A stretch of DNA of 64,000 nt from Clostridia bacterium (GCA_017472685.1 JAFUOO010000008.1:6154-70153); one strand, 5' to 3'; counted from the stretch's first letter, positions 16,156-26,243 are shown. The notes: generated by a model not told the origin, from the letters alone. A program made the numbers and translations.

Positions 16156-16974
16156 ATGTATAAATATATATTTTCCGATAAAGATTTTGACCTTGAACAC
16201 ACCTTTGACTGCGGTCAGTGCTTCCGTTGGGAGGGAACAGACGGCGTGTACACAGGTGTGGCAGGCGCATACTGGGGCAGCTTCAGAAAAACAGAATGCG
16301 GCATTGAGCTTGAAACAAACTGCCCGAGTGAAGAGTTCTGGATAAAATACCTTGACCTGGAGCGTAACTACGGCGATGTGAAAAAAGCGTGCTCCATAAA
16401 TGAGCTTATGGAAAAGGCAGTGGAATACGGCGGAGGAATACGCATTCTGAAGCAGGAATTTTTTGAAACTCTCATGAGCTTTATTATCTCCCAGCGTTCA
16501 AGCATTCCGAAAATTAAGTCCTGCGTAAAGAAGCTGTGCGAAAAATACGGCAGGAAGATAGACGCTCGGGGCGAGTACTACACATTCCCCACTGCAGAAG
16601 AGCTTAAACTGGTTACCGAAGCGGAATTCAGGGAATTGGGCGTAGGCTACCGTGCGCCTTATCTTGTACGGTGCGTGCAGTCGGTTTTAAATGGCTCCGT
16701 AAGCGGCGAAATGCTGGAAGCCCTTGAAACAGCCGTTGCACGCGAAAAGCTCATGGCTCTTCACGGCGTGGGCGACAAGGTGTGCGATTGTGTAATGCTG
16801 TTTTCCTTGGCAAAGTATGACCTTTTCCCCTCTGATGTGTGGATAAAGCGGGTTATGTGCGAGCAATTCGGCAGCAGCGAGCAGTCTGCAAAGGCTGACG
16901 GCGAAAAGCTGTTTGGTGCCTTGAGCGGTTTTGCGCAGCAGTATCTGTTTTACTACCGCAGAAATATGGACTAA
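16156..16974 (+). CDS. ogg: 8-oxoguanine DNA glycosylase / DNA-(apurinic site) lyase (HhH-GPD superfamily)
   Basis: The HhH-GPD region reads LMALHGVGDKVCDCVMLFSL. The length and N-terminal domain are typical of Clostridial Ogg. Confidence 0.75.
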   Translation: MYKYIFSDKDFDLEHTFDCGQCFRWEGTDGVYTGVAGAYWGSFRKTECGIELETNCPSEEFWIKYLDLERNYGDVKKACSINELMEKAVEYGGGIRILKQEFFETLMSFIISQRSSIPKIKSCVKKLCEKYGRKIDARGEYYTFPTAEELKLVTEAEFRELGVGYRAPYLVRCVQSVLNGSVSGEMLEALETAVAREKLMALHGVGDKVCDCVMLFSLAKYDLFPSDVWIKRVMCEQFGSSEQSAKADGEKLFGALSGFAQQYLFYYRRNMD

Positions 16975-17144
16975 TCGTCAATATCGTCTTCCGGGAAGCG
17001 GGCGTTTCCAAACCAGAGCGGCATGAAGCTTTCGTCGTCGGGCTTGACAAAGGGCGGCACTGAAAACGGTGGAAGAGCCAGGCGCTGTGCTTCTTCAATA
17101 GGAACAGGATACATTATGTAAATATATTCTATCTTGTTTGACAA
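16971..17144 (-). CDS. possible small ORF (57 aa), convergent with ogg
   Basis: TTG 17144 lies 8 nt after AGGAGG, and there is an in-frame ATG at 17114. The sequence is (L)SNKIEYIYIMYPVPIEEAQRLALPPFSVPPFVKPDDESFMPLWFGNARFPEDDIDD. The segment looks G+C-rich like coding DNA. The SD lies inside a 10-bp hairpin (17150-17187). Confidence 0.3.
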   Translation of the reverse strand: MSNKIEYIYIMYPVPIEEAQRLALPPFSVPPFVKPDDESFMPLWFGNARFPEDDIDD

Positions 17145-17664
17145 GGTAAAAACCTCCTTTGCACTAATCTATGCATGGGAGGTTTTTATATTCGTAAAAA
17201 TACGCAGTAAAAAATGTTGACATTTCGGCATTTGGGTGATAATATATTTTCGTATTATAGCGTGATACGTGGTATTTTTGCGCCCTTTTTTAGGAAAATG
17301 TATTGTTTAAACTCCCTAAAATAAGGTCAAAAAATCAGTCCTGCACGGCAGGTATATGCAATTTTGTTAAAATACACATGGTGTGTTTTAAATAAAAATT
17401 TAATTTGTGAAAATTTTGTTTCGAAATTATTTCTGAGGTCGACAGGAATAGAAGCGGTTTTCACGTTCATCTTGCCGTATGGCAAAAAAAATTAATAGTG
17501 ATTCTGTTATGATTGTGTATTTTTTTCGGAGTAGTAACTGAAAAAGGTGCAGAGCAAGGCCTTTTTATACGGCACGGAGTGGTAACCGGGTTGTATGAAA
17601 AACCGAAACTTGGTGTTTTTGCACCCTTTTATGGCAGAAAATAATTTATTGGAGGAAATTAAAA

Positions 17665-20600
17665 ATGAAACTTAAACGTTTTGTATCCATTGTAATTGCT
17701 CTTACAATGGTACTCTCTATTGTTCCGGCGTTTAATTTGACAGCAAGTGCAGAATCTATTGCAGCTGATGCAGAGTTGGTTTTTGATGGTGCATTTGGTG
17801 TAGGTGCAAGCACATACTCTGTTGAATTTACAATGGGCGGTAGCAGCTTTGGTTACAAAGATACAGGCATGGTTGATACAGCGGGCAACTACATTGGTGG
17901 TTTCTGTTATGCAGGTCCCAGCGATGGTTTTTACCCTGCTGACGGTGAACGAAGTGTAGCTCTTTCCAGTGGCTTCAGCCAGACAAGTGATACTGGCGGT
18001 TCCACAAAGTGGACTTCCGGCTCTTCAAGAATGAACATTACATTCAATATTTTATCAAGCAGCACATATGAAATTGTTTACACATGTGATGGCACATACG
18101 TTGCAACAGTAGCATATTCCGGTTCTCCCCAGGGTATTACACACCCCCTTGCTTGGAAAGGCACAGGTTGGGGTGGTGCAAGCCCTGCATATGATAACGT
18201 AGTTATCACAGTTGACGGTGAAACTGTATATGACGAGTCTAATCTTCCTGACCTTGCGACAGCATCCGATTGGTATGCTATGGAATTTACTTTGTCAACA
18301 GGTAGAGACGGTGCAACAAGCGGTTACCGTGACTGGGCAATTAAGGATGCTGACGGCAACCAGTTTACAGGTTTCTGTTTTGCAGGTACAACAGATGGTT
18401 TCTACCCCGGTGACAGACAGAGTCTTTCTTCCGGCTTCTCTCTCACAAGCACAAACTCTGACTCTTCTACACACTGGACATCCATGAGCACAAAAATGAG
18501 AGTTGCTGTAACAAAGGGTAGCGGTACATACACAGTTACATACACAAAGATTGAAGGCGGTACAGAAACTGAACTTTCAAGCTTTACATATTCCGGTACA
18601 CCTAACGGTATTTCTCTTCCCTATGAATGGGCAACAACAGGCGGTAGCGGTTCTTTCACTTTTGCAAATGTACAGGTATATGCAGTAGTTCCCGAAACAA
18701 CAAAGGACATTACAGCTACATACACAGTAGACGGTACAACAGTTAAGACACAGACAAAGACAATCGACACAAGCGTAACATCTACAGCTGATTTCGATGC
18801 TTACTACTACAGCCCCGGTAACGGTACAAATACTCTTTACAAGGCTGCAGCGCAGACACTTTCTGATAGCGCAACAATCGCTATGACAGCTGTTGAAAAC
18901 TGGAGCCAGTATCCCGTTGGTACAGAATTTACAAACAATGGTACACCTTATAAGGTAACCAGTGCTAACCTTATCCCCAACGGTAACTTTGCTGAAGGTA
19001 TCAATGGTTGGTATGCAGCTGACGGTAGTGCGGCAAGTGCATCAAACTTCACAACAGATGCTTCTGCTGGTTCTGTTTACCTTGTTGGTAACGGCGGTAG
19101 TGGTAGCAACCTTACAATTCAGAGAAGCTGGGCTATTGAAAATGGCAAGACATATACATTTGTATATACACAGAACCAGGCCGGAACAGACAAGAAGTGG
19201 CAGAGATTCTCTTTAGGTAACGACTTCAAGAGCAACAACGACTGCATGCTTTCCGGTGCAGGTGCAGGTGACGTTGAAACAGGTCAGAGTGTTGTTGAAG
19301 GTACAAACCTTGTGACATTCACAAACACAGGTAATTATAAGTATGCGAACTTTGTCGCTGCATGGAGTGGTGGCGTGACACTTTCCAACTTCGGTCTTTA
19401 CGAAGTAGAAGTTGACTCCAGTAAGGTTGCAAACACAACAATCAAGTTTGTTGACTCTTCCAACACTTCTACAGAAATCCAGACAGCTGTTACAATCACA
19501 GGTATTGTTGGTGATGTAATTGACCTTTCTGCTTATACAGGTGCTATTACATACAACGGCAACCCCTATTCCTTTGACAGCAGTAACCCCGCAAACTACA
19601 CAGTTGTAGGCAACAACGACGTTGTTACACTTACATACACAACTGACGCATATACAGGCTTTACAGGTACACCCGTTACAGTAATTGCAGGTAACGACCC
19701 TGTTCTTTCCACAACGGTTACAGCAGTAACAGGTGCAGGTTCTACAACAGTTGTTGACGGCGCAGTTTGGGAAGATGCAACAGGACTTACTGCAGGTACA
19801 CATACAATCGACGGTACAGTTACAATCGACGGTAAGACCATCAACGGTACAGTTACAGTTGATGTTCTTCCCATGACCTTTGAAGTTGATGATTTCACAG
19901 GCGATTCAAGTGGTGCGACAGCTAACTTCCCCGTTGATGTAACAGGTGATTTCTATGTTGAATTTGACCTTGTTGCAACATCCTTTAAGGATCTTTGGAT
20001 TTACACAGGTAAGGATGGCGCACTTTGGGGCGGCGGTCAGATTGGTCTTGGTTGGGATAACCAGGGCAACGGTTACTTCCGTGCACAGCCCGAAGCTCAG
20101 ACAGACGTTCAGTTTGAAACAAATAAGAAATATCGTTTCTTAATTCACAGTAATGTTGATAACGCAACAGATACATACGACCTTGTAGTTTATGATACAG
20201 TAACAAAGGAAGTAGTATTTACTTGTGACGATTATGGTTACAGAACAAGTTCTGATTTAATCAATACTATTGTTGTAACATCTAACGGTGGAGGCGGTGC
20301 AGCTACTCTTTCCAACATTAAGGTTTACGCTCCCAACCAGGCAGATGCATTCACAACAATCACATTTGTTGCAACAGGTAGCGTAAGTGAAACTTACACA
20401 ACAAGCTACACAAGTGCTGAAGAGTTCCCCATTCCTCATTATGATGGTCACATCATGAAGACAAGAACTATCTCCGGCACAACAGTTACAGCTACATACG
20501 AAGCTACAACAACTTCCATCGGTTCCTGGTACATGAGAAACAACTTCACAGACGATAACTGGATTACACAGTCCAAGTACATCGGTTCTCATGACGCTTT

Positions 20601-23600
20601 CGCTGATGATAACACAGGTTTCAGAAATGATGGTGGTGCGCTTTACGGCGATACAGGTGCAACAAGCACAGACTCTACTACAGTTGATAACTCTCAGACA
20701 CAGTCTGTAAGAGTAGTTGACCAGCTTAACGCAGGTGTACGTTACTTCGACGTTCGTCTTTCCAGACAGAATGATGGTACATTTGCAACAACACACGGTC
20801 CCGCGTTTGAAAACTTCCGTGACGTTGCAATCAGTATGGCACAGTGGGCAAAGGAAAACCCCGGTGAAGTTATTATCCTTGACTTCCAGACAGTTCGTGA
20901 CGCTCTTTACGGCGGTAGCGCAACAGGTCATTATGATGTTATCACAGATAACGAAACTTACTATGGTCCCGATGAAGGTGACGATAACCAGTACGTATAT
21001 GACGCACTTGTTGAACTCTTCGCGGACACAGGTCTTGATGATTTCTTCCCCAGAAATCTCGGAGAAAGCACTTGGGATTTAAAGTATGGTGATTTGACAA
21101 ACTATGGTACAAATGCTGTTATTATTCCCTTTGGTAAGGGCAGAGCTGTTAACTGCCAGGGCAATACATTCTATAACAGAAGCGCTTTGAACAATGATGT
21201 TACATACACAAATGATTCAAGCTACAGTGATGTTGTAAGTTACCTTGACAGCACATATTCTAACCTTTCAGATGGTGCTACAATTTCTACAATTCATGCA
21301 TACACAACACCTGTATCATTTATTGGTATTGGTGATTCACTTCTTGACGCAGCTGCAGAAAACAACCCCAACTGGATTAACGAATCCGGCTTCTACAACT
21401 GGATGAGCTATGGTAAGGGTGACGTTCTCTTGATGAACGACTCTGTTTCTGACATTGATTTGTACTATCCTGCACTTAACAGCTTCAACCGTACAGGTGC
21501 AAACAGCAGCTCTACATTCAATGGTACATTCACAAGAACGGATGACAATGTAACAATTACAGGTGCACAGGCAAACGTTCCCTACTCCACAAAGTGGACA
21601 GTTGAACCCACAGCTACAACAGCTACATACACAATTGACGGTGTAGAATACACAGCTAACACAGCTTACACACTTGACCTCATGCAGTTCAACCGTGACA
21701 GTGTTCAGCCCACAGGTACAGTTAATGTTACATTCCCCAAGTTGAGCACAGACACAACAACAGTTGACGTACTCTTGTCCAGCGACGGTACACAGGTTTA
21801 CCAGACAGCAGCTGTAGGCGAAGCTATCAGCATTGACACAACTGCTCTTGCAGACGTTATCCTTGCAACAAGAGTTGCTCCCGGTAAGGAATACACAGTT
21901 AACTACGTTGCAGGCGGCACAACAATTTACACAACAACAGAACTCGTTCCCTACGGTCAGGTAGTTTACTCTGTACCTGCAGGCGACTTCTACCTTGAAG
22001 CGACTGATAAGGCATACATCCTTAACAGCACAGTAGCAAGTAGCCACACAGCAGTTGAAAGCGACACGACAACAACATTCACAGTTGATGTTACAGTTGT
22101 AAGTGAAAATGCAGTCCTTGCCGATACATTCGGTAACAACGATGCTTCTACAGACTGCAACAACACAGAAAACTTACTCTTCGTTGGTTCCTCTGGTATT
22201 TCTGACCCTGGCGATGCTGACGCAGCAGGCGATGCAGTAATGGCTAATAACGGCGGTAACGTTGGTTCTCCCAGAATCCCCGTTCTTATGTTCAATGTTC
22301 CCGAAGTAGCTGAAGGCAAGGCTGTTAAACTCCACCTTTACGTTGCAAAGGCTAACCAGAACCTTGAAAACGGTAGCATGAAGCTTGCGGTTAATGTTGC
22401 AGACGTAACAGTTGACGAAGCGGCAGGTTATGCAGCATCCAGCCTTACTAACACAACAGGCGTTGTATGGTCCGACACAATGTTCACAGCTGTTGGCGAT
22501 GCTACAGACGGCAGACGTGAAGTTAACACATGGATTGAAGTTGACGTAACAGAATTTGTAAAGGCTGCTACAGGCGACACAATCACATTCACACTTTACG
22601 CTCCTACAGCGGGTGCTTATGTAGCTGACCGTGAAAAGGCAGTTGCAGGCGGCGCATACGAAGGTAAGGCAGCTTACCTTGAAATTGTAGACGCTAACAC
22701 AGTTTCCGTTTCCGGTGCAACATTGGTTGTAAAGGGCGGTAAGGACGTAACTGCAGACGCTGCAGACGGCATTTTAGTTCCCGAAGGCTCCACAATCAAG
22801 GTTCGTGAAACAGGTGCAAACCTTATCGCGTTTACAGACGGTACAAACGTTTACACAACAAATGCTGATGGTTGGGTAACACTTACACCTTCTTCTAAAG
22901 CTGAATACTCCGTAGCGTCTCTCGGTGTTACAATGGTTGACGGTGCACAGGTACGTATCGGCGACGGTGTAAATGCTGACGGCACAGTTGCAGGTAACAG
23001 CGGTCTTCGTTTCATCACAACAGTTGACAAGACAGACTCTCTTGCAGCTATTGATGGTGCAACATTTGGTGTTGAAATCACAGCTGAATCCAGTGATAAG
23101 GTTGTTGATATTCCCACTGCTGATGACAAGTGGCAGGTAAAGGATGAAGTGTTCACTTCTGCTCTTACAAACCTTGCAGTAAGTAACTACAACCGTAACT
23201 TCACAGCTAAGCCTTATGTATCTATCAACGGTACAAAGTACTACGGTAGTGAAGTAACAAGAAGCATCTATCAGGTAGCTTCCGGTCTTCTTGCTACAGG
23301 CTACAACGGCAGCTACGGCGAAGAAGCTGACAAGAACAGCGATACAAACTACGAAACAATGCCCGATGTACTTGTAAAGGTACTTAACGGTTACGTTAAC
23401 CAGGTAGGTGTAAGACTTGTTATCAACGAAGGTGTTCTTGCTAAGAGTGATAAGTACACAGGTACTGACAACACAACATTCTTCACAGTAACAGATGCCT
23501 CCACAAATGGTACAACATACACATGTACACTTAAGGCAACAGGTGATGCGAAGATTAACACAGAACTCTTCAGCACATATGTAAGAATCAACAATAACAA

Positions 23601-23691
23601 CAGCAAGATAAACACTCTTGTAAGCGTTGTTGACAACAATGATGGTACATATACTCTTACATTTGACGGTTCCAGCTTGGTTACAGAATAA
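17665..23691 (+). CDS. 2008-aa secreted protein with a central PI-PLC X-domain-like phosphodiesterase module
   Basis: GGAGGA RBS and signal peptide MKLKRFVSIVIALTMVLSIVPAFNLTASA. Two tandem N-terminal modules of about 150 aa are present (FGYKDTGMVDTAGNYIGGFCYAG... and SGYRDWAIKDADGNQFTGFCFAG...). The PI-PLC X-like segment reads GSHDAF...GVRYFDVRLSRQNDGTFATTHGP. The remainder is Thr/Val/Gly-rich. Confidence 0.8.
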   Translation: MKLKRFVSIVIALTMVLSIVPAFNLTASAESIAADAELVFDGAFGVGASTYSVEFTMGGSSFGYKDTGMVDTAGNYIGGFCYAGPSDGFYPADGERSVALSSGFSQTSDTGGSTKWTSGSSRMNITFNILSSSTYEIVYTCDGTYVATVAYSGSPQGITHPLAWKGTGWGGASPAYDNVVITVDGETVYDESNLPDLATASDWYAMEFTLSTGRDGATSGYRDWAIKDADGNQFTGFCFAGTTDGFYPGDRQSLSSGFSLTSTNSDSSTHWTSMSTKMRVAVTKGSGTYTVTYTKIEGGTETELSSFTYSGTPNGISLPYEWATTGGSGSFTFANVQVYAVVPETTKDITATYTVDGTTVKTQTKTIDTSVTSTADFDAYYYSPGNGTNTLYKAAAQTLSDSATIAMTAVENWSQYPVGTEFTNNGTPYKVTSANLIPNGNFAEGINGWYAADGSAASASNFTTDASAGSVYLVGNGGSGSNLTIQRSWAIENGKTYTFVYTQNQAGTDKKWQRFSLGNDFKSNNDCMLSGAGAGDVETGQSVVEGTNLVTFTNTGNYKYANFVAAWSGGVTLSNFGLYEVEVDSSKVANTTIKFVDSSNTSTEIQTAVTITGIVGDVIDLSAYTGAITYNGNPYSFDSSNPANYTVVGNNDVVTLTYTTDAYTGFTGTPVTVIAGNDPVLSTTVTAVTGAGSTTVVDGAVWEDATGLTAGTHTIDGTVTIDGKTINGTVTVDVLPMTFEVDDFTGDSSGATANFPVDVTGDFYVEFDLVATSFKDLWIYTGKDGALWGGGQIGLGWDNQGNGYFRAQPEAQTDVQFETNKKYRFLIHSNVDNATDTYDLVVYDTVTKEVVFTCDDYGYRTSSDLINTIVVTSNGGGGAATLSNIKVYAPNQADAFTTITFVATGSVSETYTTSYTSAEEFPIPHYDGHIMKTRTISGTTVTATYEATTTSIGSWYMRNNFTDDNWITQSKYIGSHDAFADDNTGFRNDGGALYGDTGATSTDSTTVDNSQTQSVRVVDQLNAGVRYFDVRLSRQNDGTFATTHGPAFENFRDVAISMAQWAKENPGEVIILDFQTVRDALYGGSATGHYDVITDNETYYGPDEGDDNQYVYDALVELFADTGLDDFFPRNLGESTWDLKYGDLTNYGTNAVIIPFGKGRAVNCQGNTFYNRSALNNDVTYTNDSSYSDVVSYLDSTYSNLSDGATISTIHAYTTPVSFIGIGDSLLDAAAENNPNWINESGFYNWMSYGKGDVLLMNDSVSDIDLYYPALNSFNRTGANSSSTFNGTFTRTDDNVTITGAQANVPYSTKWTVEPTATTATYTIDGVEYTANTAYTLDLMQFNRDSVQPTGTVNVTFPKLSTDTTTVDVLLSSDGTQVYQTAAVGEAISIDTTALADVILATRVAPGKEYTVNYVAGGTTIYTTTELVPYGQVVYSVPAGDFYLEATDKAYILNSTVASSHTAVESDTTTTFTVDVTVVSENAVLADTFGNNDASTDCNNTENLLFVGSSGISDPGDADAAGDAVMANNGGNVGSPRIPVLMFNVPEVAEGKAVKLHLYVAKANQNLENGSMKLAVNVADVTVDEAAGYAASSLTNTTGVVWSDTMFTAVGDATDGRREVNTWIEVDVTEFVKAATGDTITFTLYAPTAGAYVADREKAVAGGAYEGKAAYLEIVDANTVSVSGATLVVKGGKDVTADAADGILVPEGSTIKVRETGANLIAFTDGTNVYTTNADGWVTLTPSSKAEYSVASLGVTMVDGAQVRIGDGVNADGTVAGNSGLRFITTVDKTDSLAAIDGATFGVEITAESSDKVVDIPTADDKWQVKDEVFTSALTNLAVSNYNRNFTAKPYVSINGTKYYGSEVTRSIYQVASGLLATGYNGSYGEEADKNSDTNYETMPDVLVKVLNGYVNQVGVRLVINEGVLAKSDKYTGTDNTTFFTVTDASTNGTTYTCTLKATGDAKINTELFSTYVRINNNNSKINTLVSVVDNNDGTYTLTFDGSSLVTE

Positions 23692-23702
23692 TCAATTAAA
23701 AC

Positions 23703-23731
23703 AAAAAGCTCTCCTTATGGAGAGCTTTTTT
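23703..23731 (+). terminator. terminator of the 2008-aa gene
   Basis: AAAAAGCTCTCC ttat GGAGAGCTTTTTT. Confidence 0.85.
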
Positions 23732-23752
23732 GTGCAAAGAAATAAGTGGTGC

Positions 23753-23785
23753 AAAAAAGTCATTGCGAACGCAATGACTTTTTTC
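23753..23785 (-). terminator. terminator of the GH2 gene
   Basis: AAAAAAGTCATTGCG aa CGCAATGACTTTTTT. Confidence 0.8.
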
Positions 23786-23789
23786 AATA

Positions 23790-26096
23790 TTATTTTGTTA
23801 CAATTGTAATTGATGCGGGCTCTATACCGGGGGAGGTAACTGTCAATACGCTTTCGCCTGCAATGTCTGTGCTCTTAACATATATAACCGCATTGCCGTT
23901 GTGAAGCTTTCTTGAAGGCGACGAATAGGGCGTTACATCAAAGCCACAGCCGTTTTCTATGCCTGCAATTGTGGAAGATAACCCCGAAAGCTGTGCAGTG
24001 ATAACATTATCGCTGCAGTTTACCTTGTTGCCGTCCTTATCAAGAAGGGAAACGTCAATACGGATTGTATCGTAGCTGTCGGCAACAAGTGCTGTTTTTT
24101 GTGCTGTAAGGGCAATTTTAACGGGCTCAAGGGTTGTTTTAAGAACGTACTCGGCACCATTTATAACAGCCTTTAATTCGCCCGCCTCGAAGGGTGTTTC
24201 CCATACAATCATGTTGCCGTGCTCTTCGTTGTCGGCCTTGTTAACCCCTAAGGATTTGCCGTTCAAGAACAGCTCCGCCTCGGGTGCATTTGTGTATGCG
24301 ACAACCTCGCAGCTTGTACCCTCGTCAAAGTTCCAGTGCTCACAGAACCATCTGCCCGGACGGCGACGGCGGGGGCGGTTTTCGCCCTCCTCGCGCTTTT
24401 CGCGGGTGAAAATGTAGATGTAGGGAGCACTGTCCCAAAGGGTTTTTCTGAAGTGCCAGTTAGGCTTTTTAAAGCCGCCCATATCAATAAGACCGGGCAT
24501 AGATGCTCTCACGGGCCAGCCGTGAGCCTCGCCCATGTAGTCAATGCCTGTCCAGAGGAACTGTCCGCATATATAATCGTTGTCGGCAACTGCTTTCCAT
24601 GCCTTCCAGGAATGGGAATTTTCGCTGCCGTATATAACAGAGGTGGGGAAGCGCTTGTGGTCATCCTCATAGAGGTGCTCCTTATAGTTGTAGCCTGCAA
24701 TGTCAAGTGCCTCAAAATAGCCAGTGTTTGTGGAAAGCTCGGGGAATGCCAGCGCTGCCGTAACAGGACGTGTTGTGTCACATTCCTTAACCCATTTAAC
24801 AAGCTGACGAGCAATTACTGCCAAGCGCTCAGCGTTGGGCTTATTGGGGTCGTACATTCTTTCAATTTCGGGCTTATTGGCATCGTTGTTGCCTGTCATA
24901 GATGAAAACGAGGGGTGACAGTAGGGGTCATTGGGGTAGTCAACCTCATTGCCGATGGACCACATAACAATGGAGGGGTGGTTACGGTCGCGCATAACCA
25001 TTGCCTTAATGTCCTTTTCGCCCCATTCGGGGAAATCTTCAAAATAGCCGAAGCGCTTGGGCGGATACACGTTGTGACCCTGCCACCATTTGTTCTTGGG
25101 ACCTTCCCATTCGTCAAAGGCTTCGTCCATGGTTATAAAGCCTAATTCGTCGCACAAATCCAAAAGCTCGGGGTCGGGAGGATTGTGGCTTGTACGGAGC
25201 GCATTGGTACCGCATTCCTTTAACTTCAAAAGCCTGTCGCGCCATACCTCCTTGGGCACTGCTGCACCCAAAGTGCCTGCATCGTGATGCACACAAACAC
25301 CCTTAAGAAGGGTGTGCACACCGTTTAAGAAAAAGCCACGGTCGGGGTCAAAGTTGAAATAGCGAATGCCAAAGGGAGTGTAAACAGTGTCTGTAACAGT
25401 ACCGTCAACCACAACCTCGGTTTTCATTGTGTAAAGATAGGGGTTTTCGGGGCTCCAGAGGGAGGGGCTTTTTACTGTGAGGGTGCCTTCTCCTTTTACA
25501 ACCTCGTTGCCGTTTTTATCAATAATTGTGTTGATAATTTGAGCCGGTAGCGTTGTTTCACATTCAACCTTAACACTCGCCTCCTCATCAGTTACCAAAG
25601 GTGTTGTAATAAAAAGGCTGTCGGGCACCACGGAGATTTTGTCGCATACTGTTACATACACACGCCTTGTAATGCCTGTGCCCGTAAACCAACGTGAATC
25701 AGCTGTTTCGTCACGGTTGACCATTACGCTTACAACGTTTTCGTCACTTGTGAACTCCGTTACATCATAAGTGAAGGTTGAATAGCCGTAGGGGCGTTTG
25801 CCAAGGTAGTTGGAGTTAAACCACACCTTGGAATTGTTGTAAATACCTTCAAAGGTTATATATACCTTGCCGCATTTTTGGGGCAGGGTAAAACGTTTGC
25901 GGTAGTGCATGCGTCCGCCTGGGAGATAGCCTGTGCCCGAGGAATGGGTTTTGTCAAACTCACATTCAACGCTTGCATCATGGGGAACGGTGACTGTGCG
26001 CCACGCGGTGTCGTCAAAGCCCTTGTAAAAAGCCATTGGCTCTTCACCGCGGTGGAATTTCCAGCCTGAGGTCAAGTAAATTTTTTCTCTTTTCAT
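23790..26096 (-). CDS. glycoside hydrolase family 2 (beta-galactosidase/beta-glucuronidase type)
   Basis: GH2 sugar-binding N-domain and a TIM barrel with NHPSIVMWSIGNE. ATG 26096 lies 7 nt after AAGGAGA. Confidence 0.85.
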   Translation of the reverse strand: MKREKIYLTSGWKFHRGEEPMAFYKGFDDTAWRTVTVPHDASVECEFDKTHSSGTGYLPGGRMHYRKRFTLPQKCGKVYITFEGIYNNSKVWFNSNYLGKRPYGYSTFTYDVTEFTSDENVVSVMVNRDETADSRWFTGTGITRRVYVTVCDKISVVPDSLFITTPLVTDEEASVKVECETTLPAQIINTIIDKNGNEVVKGEGTLTVKSPSLWSPENPYLYTMKTEVVVDGTVTDTVYTPFGIRYFNFDPDRGFFLNGVHTLLKGVCVHHDAGTLGAAVPKEVWRDRLLKLKECGTNALRTSHNPPDPELLDLCDELGFITMDEAFDEWEGPKNKWWQGHNVYPPKRFGYFEDFPEWGEKDIKAMVMRDRNHPSIVMWSIGNEVDYPNDPYCHPSFSSMTGNNDANKPEIERMYDPNKPNAERLAVIARQLVKWVKECDTTRPVTAALAFPELSTNTGYFEALDIAGYNYKEHLYEDDHKRFPTSVIYGSENSHSWKAWKAVADNDYICGQFLWTGIDYMGEAHGWPVRASMPGLIDMGGFKKPNWHFRKTLWDSAPYIYIFTREKREEGENRPRRRRPGRWFCEHWNFDEGTSCEVVAYTNAPEAELFLNGKSLGVNKADNEEHGNMIVWETPFEAGELKAVINGAEYVLKTTLEPVKIALTAQKTALVADSYDTIRIDVSLLDKDGNKVNCSDNVITAQLSGLSSTIAGIENGCGFDVTPYSSPSRKLHNGNAVIYVKSTDIAGESVLTVTSPGIEPASITIVTK

Positions 26097-26116
26097 TTTC
26101 ATTCTCCTTTTTTAAT

Positions 26117-26243
26117 GAACGGGGACACATCCGCTCATTCGTTTTTAATGTAGGGGAGGGTCTCTGTGCCCTCCCGATGTACACGTTTATTTACGGGCGG
26201 GCATGGAAACCCGCCCCTACAGGGTTGGAAATGTCCCCGTACT
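26117..26243. repeat. REP-like nested palindromic element
   Basis: Outer inverted repeat ACGGGGACA (26119-26127) / TGTCCCCGT (26232-26240) encloses two G+C-rich hairpins: GGGAGGG/CCCTCCC (26154-26175) and GGGCGGG/CCCGCCC (26195-26216). Confidence 0.6.

Noticed and set aside
16853-17098. 81-aa minus-strand ORF overlapping the 3' end of ogg
   Set aside because: It overlaps 120 nt of the ogg coding sequence, has an Arg/Ser/Thr-rich composition and has no SD. A different frame (16971-17144) is the only one with translation signals, and even that is low confidence.
19213-22047. Cys-rich antisense ORFs inside the 2008-aa gene (for example 19213-19803, 20257-20931, 21337-22047 on the minus strand)
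   Set aside because: They are the reverse complement of a Thr/Val/Gly-rich (ACA/GTT/GGT) coding sequence, which mechanically yields stop-free Cys/Val/Asn-rich frames. They have no RBS and lie fully nested in a strongly supported gene.
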